Made by a program: the position numbers and the translations under genes
Part shown: positions 20,125 to 29,660 of the stretch, piece after piece
How the letters are laid out: each line of letters starts with the position of its first letter
Position numbering within the stretch: the first letter of the stretch is position 1
Origin: Candidatus Poribacteria bacterium
Lineage (GTDB): Bacteria > Poribacteria > WGA-4E > UBA9662
Direction of reading: 5' to 3'
Length of the DNA: 48,197 nucleotides
Assembly: GCA_046582655.1 (NCBI GenBank)
Contig: JAYGDX010000167.1
Span: 1-48,197 of the forward strand
The notes under the pieces: generated by a model
Seen by the model: only the letters and a program-made list of their open reading frames with translations
Database searches by the model: none
What the model was told of the DNA's origin: nothing

Positions 20125-22071
20125 ATGATTTCGTTAAGCAAAACTCTTAAAAATGTAGTAGTTTTAACAGTATTGTTTGCCTTTTTCTTTGGAAATATTA
20201 GTTATGGAGAGACTCCTGTTTCGATCTATTTGAGAAATGGAGACCGGATCACCGGTCGCTGGCTAAACGCCGATAATCGCACCATTGAAATCGAGTTTAA
20301 TGGACAGAAAATGTTGGTTTCGTTGGATGAGATAAGCCACATTTCGATCACTTCGAATGCCGTATCGGAAAAATACCTACAAAATGCTGAAGATCTTTTA
20401 AAACTTGGTCTTCGAGAGCAAGCTAGAAAACTCTTTGAGTTATCAATTCAAGAGTCACCCCAGAATGCAAAAGCCTATTTCCGACTGGCAGAACTTTTTC
20501 AAGAAGATGGTGAAACGGATAATGCCATCAAATACTTCGGATTAGCGGCGGCGGTTGATCCGTCGTATGATTTATCAGAACAATTTGTGCTATCTGCGAC
20601 TACTTATCTTTCAAAGGGTGAATTTGAGAAAGCTGCTGAAAGCTACATTCTGTTATTCGAAAATTATCCTGAACATGAGCGATGTGCATATGCGGGTTAT
20701 AAGGCGGCATTTCTACTAGCGGAGAACGTAGAAGCATTTGACCAAGCTCTTGAACTGTTGATGCAGGTAACGGAGAAGTTTCCAGAAAACCCAGAAAACG
20801 AGGATTACGAAAAAGCACAGTATTTGATTGGAAAATTGCAGGTCGAGACCAACCAAGCCGAGCTGGCAATATCGACTTTGACCAATTTTATTCTCACTTA
20901 CACAATGAGTCAATGGCTCCCTTATGCTTATACCATGCGTGGAAGGGCCTTTTTAGAGCTTCATCAGAATAGCGAAGCAATTACAGATTTCACGACTGCA
21001 ATTGAAATGACTCAAGATCTGAGGTTACAACGGGAAGTTCGTCAGATGCGCGACAATAGTGCTTGGATGATTTACCGAGTCTCTGATGGGCTACCGAGCA
21101 ACAAAGTAAAAGCAATAGCTGCTGATGGCACGACGGTGTGGGTTGGGACAGCCAAAGGTTTGGCTGAGGCTGATACCAGTTCAGTTTTTTGGGAAATTAA
21201 AACAGAGTTCACTACTCAGCTTGAAGAAATGTTTGAAGGTTCTCCTCTGAATATTCAGTCTCTGGCAGTTGATGAGGAAGAGTTATGGATTGGTACCATG
21301 AATCATGGTGTTATCCGTTATAATAAAACAACTGGAAGTATCGAGAACTATACACAAGATCACGGATTACCTCACAACCTGGTATATGACATAAAAATCT
21401 TTGGCAATGAAGTCTGGATGGGAACCTTCTCTGGCGTTGCCCAATACAGTAGAGCCGCCGATGGATGGCGCATATTTAATCGTGAGACTGATGAATTGCC
21501 TGCCGACGACATCGTGGCATTAGAGGTGACTCCAAGAACCGTTTGGATAGGTACCTCTAAAAGCGGAGTTGCCTTCTATGATCGAGAGTTCAATTATTGG
21601 AGATCTTACGGTGAATTCGAGGGACTTGATTCAATTGTTGGAAACTCGATTGTCAGCTTTGATCTCGTCGGCAACCGGCTTTTCTTCACTTGGTATAATC
21701 AGCCTAGGGAAATCAGTGGCTATACCGAATGCGACCTTGATAGCTTAGGAAGTCACTCAGAGGAAGTTGTTCGGGGAGATTTGGATAATCTGGTGCGACC
21801 TGAGAATATTCACATTGCTGTTACGGAAGATGAAGTGTGGCTAGCAACCAACGATGGTGTCTACAAAAACACACGCAATACCGGAGACTGGGATCTCATT
21901 GCTTATCCAGAAGATCGGATTGGAGATCCAACTGTAAATTCAATAGAAATTGGTGATAGTGTCGCTTGGATCGGTACTTCAAATGGACTGGCAAGAATCA
22001 ACACCAGTGCACTAAATTTACGGGAAGAAGAATTAAAACTTAAACCTGAAGAAGAGGAAAGTTATGAGTGA
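20125..22071 (+). CDS. Secreted TPR + beta-propeller repeat protein
   Basis: Signal peptide; [11 protein letters not shown] domain; TPR repeats; repeated DGLPSN/HGLPHN...VWxGT propeller blades. Confidence 0.8.
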   Translation: MISLSKTLKNVVVLTVLFAFFFGNISYGETPVSIYLRNGDRITGRWLNADNRTIEIEFNGQKMLVSLDEISHISITSNAVSEKYLQNAEDLLKLGLREQARKLFELSIQESPQNAKAYFRLAELFQEDGETDNAIKYFGLAAAVDPSYDLSEQFVLSATTYLSKGEFEKAAESYILLFENYPEHERCAYAGYKAAFLLAENVEAFDQALELLMQVTEKFPENPENEDYEKAQYLIGKLQVETNQAELAISTLTNFILTYTMSQWLPYAYTMRGRAFLELHQNSEAITDFTTAIEMTQDLRLQREVRQMRDNSAWMIYRVSDGLPSNKVKAIAADGTTVWVGTAKGLAEADTSSVFWEIKTEFTTQLEEMFEGSPLNIQSLAVDEEELWIGTMNHGVIRYNKTTGSIENYTQDHGLPHNLVYDIKIFGNEVWMGTFSGVAQYSRAADGWRIFNRETDELPADDIVALEVTPRTVWIGTSKSGVAFYDREFNYWRSYGEFEGLDSIVGNSIVSFDLVGNRLFFTWYNQPREISGYTECDLDSLGSHSEEVVRGDLDNLVRPENIHIAVTEDEVWLATNDGVYKNTRNTGDWDLIAYPEDRIGDPTVNSIEIGDSVAWIGTSNGLARINTSALNLREEELKLKPEEEESYE

Positions 22072-23104
22072 TTTAAATGTTGGAGTTGTTGGACTTGGAT
22101 GGGTGGCTGGTGCACATATCGACACATTCAGGGCAGTAAATGGTGCAAATGTTACCGCGATTTGTTCACGCCGTGAACACAATCCGGATGATTTGGAAGG
22201 ACAATACGGTATTCCATTGAAACCCTATACGAATTACGATCAATTCATTGCCGATCCGGATATCGACATTATTGATATATGTACACCTCATCCGTTTCAT
22301 CCAGATCAAGCGGTTTCGGCGGCAGAAGCTGGAAAACATTTGATTATTGAAAAACCAATCAGCATTGATTATGAGAACGCAAAACGGATTCAATCTGCAG
22401 TAAGCCTAAACGGCGTCAGTGTTTGTGTATGTTTTGAATGCCGGTATAGTAAACACTTCACTTTGATTCGGTCTCTGGTAGATGAAGGGTTGCTTGGGGA
22501 CCTACACTATGCCGAAGTGGACTATTATCATGGTATTGGGCCATGGTATGGTCAATATGATTGGAACGTTAAGAAGGATTTTGGGGGATCTAGCCTCCTA
22601 ACCGCTGGGTGCCATGCTCTCGATGCCATGCTGTTTTTCATGGATGGCAAAGTAGAAGAGGTAACTAGCTATCATACCAAATCAAGAAGCCAGCATTTTG
22701 ATCCTTACGAATATAAAACCACCAGTGTTACCATTCTCAAGTTTGAGGGATCAGAACGAATAGCAAAAGTAACGTCATGCGTAGATTGTCTCCAACCTTA
22801 CTATTTCCATATTCATCTTGTCGGAAGTGCAGGCAGTTTGCTGGATAACCGTATTTATTCTGAGAAACTAAGGGGAATGAACAAAGACAAATGGTCAACA
22901 CTTGAAACATCTTTGATTGATTCTGGTGACGTCAGTGATCACCCTTACGAACCACAGTTCCAAGCGTTTATTGATAGTATTGAGACAGGAGAACCGATGC
23001 CGTTAACCGACTTCAATACTGCTTTTGAAACGCATCGTGTTGTTTTCGCAGCTGATCTATCTGCTCAGGAAAATAGACCAGTCAACCTTTCAGAGCTTGA
23101 ATAA
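22064..23104 (+). CDS. Gfo/Idh/MocA family oxidoreductase
   Basis: [42 protein letters not shown]. Confidence 0.92.
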   Translation: MSDLNVGVVGLGWVAGAHIDTFRAVNGANVTAICSRREHNPDDLEGQYGIPLKPYTNYDQFIADPDIDIIDICTPHPFHPDQAVSAAEAGKHLIIEKPISIDYENAKRIQSAVSLNGVSVCVCFECRYSKHFTLIRSLVDEGLLGDLHYAEVDYYHGIGPWYGQYDWNVKKDFGGSSLLTAGCHALDAMLFFMDGKVEEVTSYHTKSRSQHFDPYEYKTTSVTILKFEGSERIAKVTSCVDCLQPYYFHIHLVGSAGSLLDNRIYSEKLRGMNKDKWSTLETSLIDSGDVSDHPYEPQFQAFIDSIETGEPMPLTDFNTAFETHRVVFAADLSAQENRPVNLSELE

Positions 23105-23135
23105 GTGCTGATGAAAATCTATTGGAGAATCTATT

Positions 23136-24018
23136 GTGGGAAAATGGTCTTCCTGTGGTTTTGAATTCGATACCAGACCGGAAAAGTTTGGTGAATTGCG
23201 GTCTTCAAACGACATCCTTGAAGATGGTCAAGCCCTGCGCCACAGAATGAAGGAGGATGGCTACCTTCTGTTACGTAGGATTCTGGCTCGGGATTATAGT
23301 TGAAGCACGGCATGAGCTGGTTGAGAAATTGGATTCAATCGGCGACATTGACCACAGTTATCCTTTAATTGATGCCATACTCAACTCGGAATCCGATAGC
23401 GAACCGATGAGTGCAACAGGTTTTGCCAAAAAATTGGGGGCAGGAAAAGCTGTCCGCTATCTTGTTCATCAAGGTGAGATGATCAAATTCTACAGAAAAT
23501 TTTTGGGTAAGGAAGTTCGTCCTCTAGACTTTGTGTGGGTTCGAACAACGCGAGTTGGATCGTCCGCAGGTTGTCACTACGACTGGGTCTATATGGGAAG
23601 GGGATCAGAGCTTCTACACACCAGTTGGACTCCTATCGGGGATGTACCTAAAATAGAGGGATCCCTCGCTATTCTGGAAGGATCGCATAAGTTTGATGAA
23701 CTTATTAACACCTACGGTTCAATTGATGTGGACGATGAACGAACAACTAAAAAATATAAAGGTCAATATACCCCAAATCCGGTTGAAGTACAGGAAAAGT
23801 TTGGCGGAAAATGGTTAACCACCGACTTCAAAGCAGGTGATTTGTTACTCTTTACCATGCACACGATGCATTGCTCTCTGGATAACAAATCACCTGAAAA
23901 TCGAATTCGCTTGAGCGTAGATACGCGATACCAACCGGCAGATGAACCGGTGGATGAACGCTGGGTCGGTCAAAATCCGATTGCACATGGAGGTCAGTCT
24001 AAGCGGAACGGAGGTTAG
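23136..24018 (+). pseudogene. Frameshifted phytanoyl-CoA dioxygenase (PhyH) family Fe(II)/2OG dioxygenase
   Basis: GGAG RBS and GTG 23136 give MGKWSSCGFEFDTRPEKFGELRSSNDILEDGQALRHRMKEDGYLLLRRILARDYS* (stop 23301-23303), collinear with the downstream paralog. Homology resumes in another frame (IVEARHE...CHYD...HTMHCS); shift near 23292-23297. Confidence 0.85.
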
Positions 24019-24094
24019 ATTCTACCTAAGCTCTGTACTATATTTTGATTTTGTTTAGTTTACCTGTGTTAACTTAAATTGTTTGGAGGATACC

Positions 24095-24955
24095 TTGAAG
24101 CAGTGGACATCATGTGGATACCAATTCAATACCCATTCTGATAGATTTGGTGAGTTGCGTTCATCGAACGATATTCTCAAAGACGGTCGAGCTTTGCGTG
24201 ATAGGATGAAGGAGGATGGCTACCTTTTGTTGCGTGGCATCTTAGATAAAGATCTTATCTTGAAAGCCAGGCATGAGTTATTACTGAAAATGGCAGTTAA
24301 TAACCAAATTGACGATGATTATTTGATTGGTGAAGGTGTTAATCCAAGTTTAAAAACAGAAATTGATCGAACAAGTTACCGTGAGGGGCGTGCGGTTCGG
24401 CAACTTGTCCACCAGGGAAAAATGACCGAATTCTATGAAATCTTCTTTGGGAAAAAAGTTCAAGCTTTCGATTTTATCTGGGTAAGAATCGTCGGGGTTG
24501 GCGTGTCAACTGGTTGCCATTACGATTGGGTGTACATGGGAAGGGGATCAAAAAATCTTCATACCAGTTGGACTCCGCTTGCCAATGTCCCTAAAGTTGA
24601 AGGATCGTTAGCTATTCTACGCGGCTCCCATAAATTTGGAGGATTGATTAACACCTACGGTTCAATCGATGTAGATGATGACAAAACTAACAAGAAGTAC
24701 GGTGGTTGGTATACCCAAAACCCTGTTGAAGTACAAGAGAAATTTGGAGGGAAATGGTTAACAACTGACTTTAAAATGGGGGATCTAATCGTGTTCTCAA
24801 TGCATACAATGCACTGCTCACTTGATAACAAGTCTACCAACAATCGGATTCGTCTGAGCTTGGATACTCGATATCAGCCGGCAGATGACGAGGCTGACGA
24901 GCGCTGGATTGGAGGAACCCCAATCGCACATGGAGCTGAAGCTAAGCGCAGATGA
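24095..24955 (+). CDS. Phytanoyl-CoA dioxygenase (PhyH) family Fe(II)/2OG dioxygenase
   Basis: DGYLLLRG, H-x-D (CHYD), WTP, distal H (HTMHCS), RLSLDTRY; GGAGGA RBS before TTG 24095. Confidence 0.9.
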   Translation: MKQWTSCGYQFNTHSDRFGELRSSNDILKDGRALRDRMKEDGYLLLRGILDKDLILKARHELLLKMAVNNQIDDDYLIGEGVNPSLKTEIDRTSYREGRAVRQLVHQGKMTEFYEIFFGKKVQAFDFIWVRIVGVGVSTGCHYDWVYMGRGSKNLHTSWTPLANVPKVEGSLAILRGSHKFGGLINTYGSIDVDDDKTNKKYGGWYTQNPVEVQEKFGGKWLTTDFKMGDLIVFSMHTMHCSLDNKSTNNRIRLSLDTRYQPADDEADERWIGGTPIAHGAEAKRR

Positions 24956-24980
24956 GAAGATCCTTCCTGAGAAGACTTTT

Positions 24981-25328
24981 TTAGCTGTTTACGATTGCTG
25001 AATAACCCGCATTTTTGATAGCACTGATAAGCTGCTGTTTCTTGACTTTATCGGGTTCAATTTCCACAATTGCTTTGTCAGGCATAGAAACGTTGGCACT
25101 GACAACTCCTTCAATGTTCGTGAGTGCGGACCGCACTCTAGCTACACAGCTGATCCCTCAGATCATTCCATTGACAGTCAAAGAGACCTGCTGCGTAGTT
25201 GTTGTCACTTCTGACGTCTCAGTGTTTTCATTTTTTGTTGAAGTTGTTTCTAGCTTATGTTCAGAGGCGCAGCTAATGAAAAGTATTGTTATTGAAGCAA
25301 GTAAAGAAAGTAATTTTACCAAACGCAT
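24981..25328 (-). CDS. HMA-domain (MerP/CopZ-like) lipoprotein, probable selenoprotein (TGA at codon 57); missed by ORF track
   Basis: MRLVKLLSLLASITILFISC ASEHKLETTSTKNENTETSEVTTTTQQVSLTVNGMI[TGA]GISCVARVRSALTNIEGVVSANVSMPDKAIVEIEPDKVKKQQLISAIKNAGYSAIVNS*. The HMA pattern continues in frame across the TGA (25158-25160); G-rich RBS upstream. Confidence 0.85.
25122..25138 (-). promoter_or_regulatory. Candidate bacterial SECIS element
   Basis: mRNA-sense GAGUGCG-GUC-CGCACUC perfect 7-bp hairpin starting after a 19-nt spacer 3' of the UGA; G-first loop resembling E. coli fdhF GCAGGUCUGC. Confidence 0.75.
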
Positions 25329-25366
25329 AATTTCACATCCCCCCTAAAATTGATATGCTAACTGCA

Positions 25367-25396
25367 ATTTTACTTGTTAAGAATAGGTTGTGTCAA
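25367..25396 (-). promoter_or_regulatory. Sigma70-like promoter for the HMA lipoprotein gene
   Basis: Minus strand TTGACA(25396-25391)-N18-TAAAAT(25372-25367). Confidence 0.6.
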
Positions 25397-25424
25397 ATTT
25401 TATTTATGTGATACGGTTGTCTGT

Positions 25425-27503
25425 ATGAAGAAATTCTGCTTAGTACTGTTTTCCTTTCTGTCAATTAACTTTTCGACAGTCTTGTCGCAAGATCTAGCAT
25501 TTGATCAAGCTGTTCAACGTTACCGTACTCGCGTACAGAAAGATCCGAAAAACCTTGAAATGCATCAGAAGATGATAGATTATGCAGCCAAGACAAATCA
25601 GATTAAAGTGCCGTTAAATGTTTATCGGAAAGCTCATGAAAAACAACCTAAAAATCCAATTGTTATCTACGTCTTAGCTTACACTTATCTGGCTGATGAT
25701 CAGGAAAGCAAAGCATTCCCCCTTTTTCAGCAGTGTGTGACGACGAATTCCAGTATTTGGCAAGCACATTTGCAACTGGCTAGGTACTTCCAGAATCATT
25801 ATAAGTACGAACAAGCCATCGTTCACTACGAAAAGGTAAGAGATCTGCATCCTAAATCGACAGCGTGTCATTTTGAAATGGGTCAGATTTACCGAAGACT
25901 TGGTGTTTTGGATGCTGCTGAAAATGCCTTTTTGCAGGCGATTGACTACGATAAATCCTTGGCCCAAGCATATTATGAATTAGGTCAAATTTATGCGCTT
26001 CAGAAGATGGCTGATCAAGCAATCGAACAATATAGGAAAGGGAAAAAACTTGATCCCAATAATCCAATTGTACGGTATCAACTTGCGCATATTTTTCTTG
26101 ATAATGATGATGGCCGAAACGCTATTCTGGCATTGCGTAGTGGGATGAGTGCCGATACGCAGTACGCTCAAGTTGTTAATCGATTGAAAAATGTGAGTAG
26201 TCTGCAAGCATCATCAATCCTGAGACAGATTTTAAAGGCAAAGCCGAATAGCGCACATTTGCAGTATTTTGCAGGAAAACTATGCAACAAGATTGGTGAA
26301 ATAGAACAATCAATTTTTCATCTGCAAAAAGCTAAGTCGCTAGATCCAACTAACGCAAACGTGCGGTTTTTGCTTGGTCAGTTGTATGAAGAACAGGCGG
26401 AAACACAGAAGGCAGTCTCAGAGTTTGAAGAATCAGTTGCTCTAGGTAACGTCCAACTTGAGTTGTTGCTTAAACTAGCTGAAACCTACCAACGCCAAAA
26501 TAATCAAGAAGAATTTATAAAGATTGCTGACCAAATTCTGGCAATTAATGCGGATCAGCCTGAAATTCATTATCAGCTTTCCCAATTCTATGATTACCAA
26601 TTTCAACAGAAAAAAAGAGAAGGTTTAATAGAAAAATCAGAAAATTTATCGAAAAAAGCGGTTGAACATGCTGACCGTGCTGTTAAATTAGCACCTGATG
26701 TCGCCAAATATAATCTTAAACTTGGGGCATTGTACGACCGTCAAGGAATGTTGAAATCCATCCGTTTTTATGAGAAGGCAATTCAGCTTGATCCACAGAA
26801 TGCGGAACCATATTATCGTCGAGGACTATTTATGTCTAATTTTACCTTTGGCTCAGCTAAGGTGCTACTTTATGAACCTGAACTTGTAATGGAGGATCTG
26901 ACACGTGCAGTTCAATTGGATCCGAATTCAGCAGGTGCGCACCACGCGCTGGGAGTTGTTTTCGACCGCATGGGGAATGTACAACAGGCAATGTCAGAAT
27001 TTAATAAGGCGGCTGAACTTGATCCAACTGATTCTCGTCCTCATCTTTATCTTGGTGAAAAGTATGCGAATAGTGGACAATTCCAATTAGCAATTTCTTC
27101 CTTCGCAAAAGTAATTAAAGTGGATCCAAGCAATGTTGAAGCATTGAAGGACTATGCGTTCCTATGTCTTTCACATGACCAGGACCGATTGTGGCGAAGA
27201 GCTAAAAAAGCACTTGAGTTGGCAATCAAGATTCGTCCCAATGATGCTGAAATTTTAATGAACTATGCCTATACACTTTACCTCAACGGCGAACTTCAAC
27301 GCGCAGTTGAGTATTATCAACGTTCCCTTGAAATTCGACCCAATTGGGAAAAAACATACTACAATTTGGCGCTAGTATACGAAAGAACTGGTCAAAAGGT
27401 CCTTGCACTTCAAGCATATGAAAAAACTGTTGATATAGCGCCAAACAGTCGTCAGGGTAAAAAGGCACTTGAAAAGATCAACAAATTGAAAGGAATAAAT
27501 TAG
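25425..27503 (+). CDS. Secreted multi-TPR protein
   Basis: Signal peptide MKKFCLVLFSFLSINFSTVLSQ; many TPR units (AYYELG..A...Y.K...LDP). Confidence 0.88.
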   Translation: MKKFCLVLFSFLSINFSTVLSQDLAFDQAVQRYRTRVQKDPKNLEMHQKMIDYAAKTNQIKVPLNVYRKAHEKQPKNPIVIYVLAYTYLADDQESKAFPLFQQCVTTNSSIWQAHLQLARYFQNHYKYEQAIVHYEKVRDLHPKSTACHFEMGQIYRRLGVLDAAENAFLQAIDYDKSLAQAYYELGQIYALQKMADQAIEQYRKGKKLDPNNPIVRYQLAHIFLDNDDGRNAILALRSGMSADTQYAQVVNRLKNVSSLQASSILRQILKAKPNSAHLQYFAGKLCNKIGEIEQSIFHLQKAKSLDPTNANVRFLLGQLYEEQAETQKAVSEFEESVALGNVQLELLLKLAETYQRQNNQEEFIKIADQILAINADQPEIHYQLSQFYDYQFQQKKREGLIEKSENLSKKAVEHADRAVKLAPDVAKYNLKLGALYDRQGMLKSIRFYEKAIQLDPQNAEPYYRRGLFMSNFTFGSAKVLLYEPELVMEDLTRAVQLDPNSAGAHHALGVVFDRMGNVQQAMSEFNKAAELDPTDSRPHLYLGEKYANSGQFQLAISSFAKVIKVDPSNVEALKDYAFLCLSHDQDRLWRRAKKALELAIKIRPNDAEILMNYAYTLYLNGELQRAVEYYQRSLEIRPNWEKTYYNLALVYERTGQKVLALQAYEKTVDIAPNSRQGKKALEKINKLKGIN

Positions 27504-28442
27504 ATGTTAAGGTATCTGATGCTGATCCTATGGTTCTCGTTTTTCATCGTCTCTAATATCTTTACTGAGGAAAAAATCGATTTGTTTTTGGAGGAAAAAA
27601 AATTTATTCTTAACGGTGAAATATCGAAAGGACTTGGGCAATATGATGATCATCTAAAAGGGATAGTCGAGTTTCTTGTTTGCTCTAAAGGTGGCAAGGA
27701 GTATGAAAGCATTATTGTTGCTGACGAAGATCCCAAAGCAATTTTCGAAACAGTTCTCTCTCTTGGCGTGGAAAGGGGATCACCTTCAATTTACAATGAA
27801 GATTCTGGCCAAATGGTTGCACCGAAAGGAACCGGATTTTTGATTGATGTCGAGTGGATTATTGACAATAAGAAGACGCGAGTTCGAGCGGAAGAACTAC
27901 TTTACAATGTAAAAACGAAAAAGACGATGCCATACGTGGCATGGATATTTTCTGGATCACGTCAAGTTTACGATTTAGAAAGCGATGATGAAGACAAAAT
28001 GATTCCACAGGCTTTCGTCAGCAATAGTATCGTTTCGCTTCAGAATCTTGACGCGAGTGCCCTTTTTCAAGTACCATTGCCTGAAGCCGTCGAGAACACA
28101 TACAGGAAAAACGATCAACTGCTCCCTCCACTGGGTACAAGAGTAAAGCTGATAATTGAAGTGAATCGAAGAATGCAGTTATACATTATGATTAGTGGTA
28201 AGGTGCAGGGGGTTGGATTTCGCTACTTCACTAAACGAAGTGCCAAAGAACTAGGGCTAGTCGGATATGCCAAGAATCTGCCAAACGGACAAGTTGAAGT
28301 GGTTGCAGAAGGGAACAAACTGGAACTCGGCCAATTCATTAAGTTGGTTAAAAAAGGTCCAGCGATCGCTAGAGTTACCGATGTCAAGATCCAAGAACGT
28401 CCACTCACCGAACAATACCAGATCTTTGAAATTCATTTCTAG
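27504..28442 (+). CDS. YdjY-like domain fused to C-terminal acylphosphatase
   Basis: Hydrophobic N-terminus; VEFLVC...KEYES...WIFSGS...LPPLGTRVKLII domain; from 28173 ISGKVQGVGFRY...GYAKNLPNGQVEVVAEG...GP..ARV (acylphosphatase signature). Confidence 0.8.
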   Translation: MLRYLMLILWFSFFIVSNIFTEEKIDLFLEEKKFILNGEISKGLGQYDDHLKGIVEFLVCSKGGKEYESIIVADEDPKAIFETVLSLGVERGSPSIYNEDSGQMVAPKGTGFLIDVEWIIDNKKTRVRAEELLYNVKTKKTMPYVAWIFSGSRQVYDLESDDEDKMIPQAFVSNSIVSLQNLDASALFQVPLPEAVENTYRKNDQLLPPLGTRVKLIIEVNRRMQLYIMISGKVQGVGFRYFTKRSAKELGLVGYAKNLPNGQVEVVAEGNKLELGQFIKLVKKGPAIARVTDVKIQERPLTEQYQIFEIHF

Positions 28443-28458
28443 AGATACAAGTTAAACA

Positions 28459-29205
28459 GTGGAACTTTCTCAACAAAAAATTGAGGGATTGATTGATCAG
28501 CTGGATTCGAATGGTGTCCCCCAAATTAGGAGAATCTACCAAGCGAGGAATCGGATTACTGAACAGGGAAATAAACTCGGCATCTTTTCTGGTTCCTTCA
28601 ATCCAATGACAATTTCGCATGTAGAGATGATTCATGCGGCTCAATCCAGATTCGAGTTGGACGAAGTGCTGTTGGTTCTAGCTAAAGCAAATGTTGACAA
28701 GGAGGTTTTTGGGCTACCGCTTACTAAGCGGTTAATCACGTTGTCATATTATGCCAAAAAGCAGGGCAATTTTTCAGTCGCTGTTTCAAGTCACGGTCGC
28801 TATATCGAAAAAATCGAGGCGCTTAAGTCGGTCTTCCCTAGCAAAACAGAGTTTTACTTTATCGTTGGATATGATACCTTTGTCCGCATTTTTGATTGTA
28901 AGTACTATACGGATATTTATGCTGAGCTAGACCAACTTTTCAGCCAGTGTCGCCTAATTGTGGCAAATCGTGGCAATCATGATGCCAAAGCCATCTGCGA
29001 TTTTCTGTCGTTTCCAAATAGGCAGGTCTATGCGGACAAGATTGATTTAATTGGATTAAGTGATTTTCACGCAGATGTATCCTCAACAGATATTCGGTCA
29101 AGATTGGAAAGCGGTCAATCAATATCTGATCTGGTTCCTGCTGAAATCAAACAGTTAGTTATTGATTATTACCAAAAGGCCATCAATCGATCCCATCACA
29201 TGTGA
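28459..29205 (+). CDS. Nicotinate/nicotinamide-nucleotide adenylyltransferase-like cytidylyltransferase-fold protein
   Basis: SGSFNPMTISH, FIVGYDT, VANR, VSSTDIR motifs. Confidence 0.8.
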   Translation: MELSQQKIEGLIDQLDSNGVPQIRRIYQARNRITEQGNKLGIFSGSFNPMTISHVEMIHAAQSRFELDEVLLVLAKANVDKEVFGLPLTKRLITLSYYAKKQGNFSVAVSSHGRYIEKIEALKSVFPSKTEFYFIVGYDTFVRIFDCKYYTDIYAELDQLFSQCRLIVANRGNHDAKAICDFLSFPNRQVYADKIDLIGLSDFHADVSSTDIRSRLESGQSISDLVPAEIKQLVIDYYQKAINRSHHM

Positions 29206-29639
29206 TTAGAGCAGTTCACCATTTCAGCTTTACAGTCAAAGATCTTGAGCAATCACTTGACTTCTATGTTGGAGTTCTTGGCATGCAAATTATATCAGAT
29301 ACTACCGTTCAAGAGTCAACTGATCATAGTGTGACACAACTCGACAACGCCAAACTTCGGATTGTTCATCTCGAGGCTTTCGGTCAGGTGATTGAATTGA
29401 TTGAATACCTATCTCCCGTTGGTAAGTCCCTTGATACAAGGACATGTGACGTGGGTAGTGCTCACATTGCTTTTCGAGTTGATGACTTAAGTCAAACATA
29501 TGAAGAACTATTATCAAGGAATGTAAGATTCAAATCGCAACCAGTGGTAACTGGTGCTAGTCCAGGTAAAATTATCAAATCAGTATATTTTCTTGATCCC
29601 GATGGTATTACTTTGGAATTAGTCGAAATAGGGACATAA
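29202..29639 (+). CDS. VOC/glyoxalase family protein
   Basis: HHFSFTVKDLEQSLDFY, IELIEY, HIAFRVDD, YFLDPDGITLELVE. Confidence 0.92.
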   Translation: MIRAVHHFSFTVKDLEQSLDFYVGVLGMQIISDTTVQESTDHSVTQLDNAKLRIVHLEAFGQVIELIEYLSPVGKSLDTRTCDVGSAHIAFRVDDLSQTYEELLSRNVRFKSQPVVTGASPGKIIKSVYFLDPDGITLELVEIGT

Positions 29640-29660
29640 AATACAATATAGAGAAAATTT

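Noticed and set aside
23116..23136. Direct repeat AATCTATTG x2 flanking an RBS
   Set aside because: Only two short AT-rich copies; not CRISPR-like and compatible with chance.
23301..23303. TGA in the first PhyH copy as possible selenocysteine
   Set aside because: Homology continues in a different frame, the position is not a Cys in the paralog, and no SECIS follows.
24981..25328. Genome-wide UGA reassignment (code 4 or 25) as the explanation for the in-frame TGA
   Set aside because: TGA ends complete genes in this window (e.g. the M16 peptidase at 11775-11777 and hemE) and Trp is encoded by TGG.
25015..25347. 110-aa plus-strand ORF
   Set aside because: Antisense shadow of the HMA lipoprotein gene, which has the RBS, promoter and domain signature.
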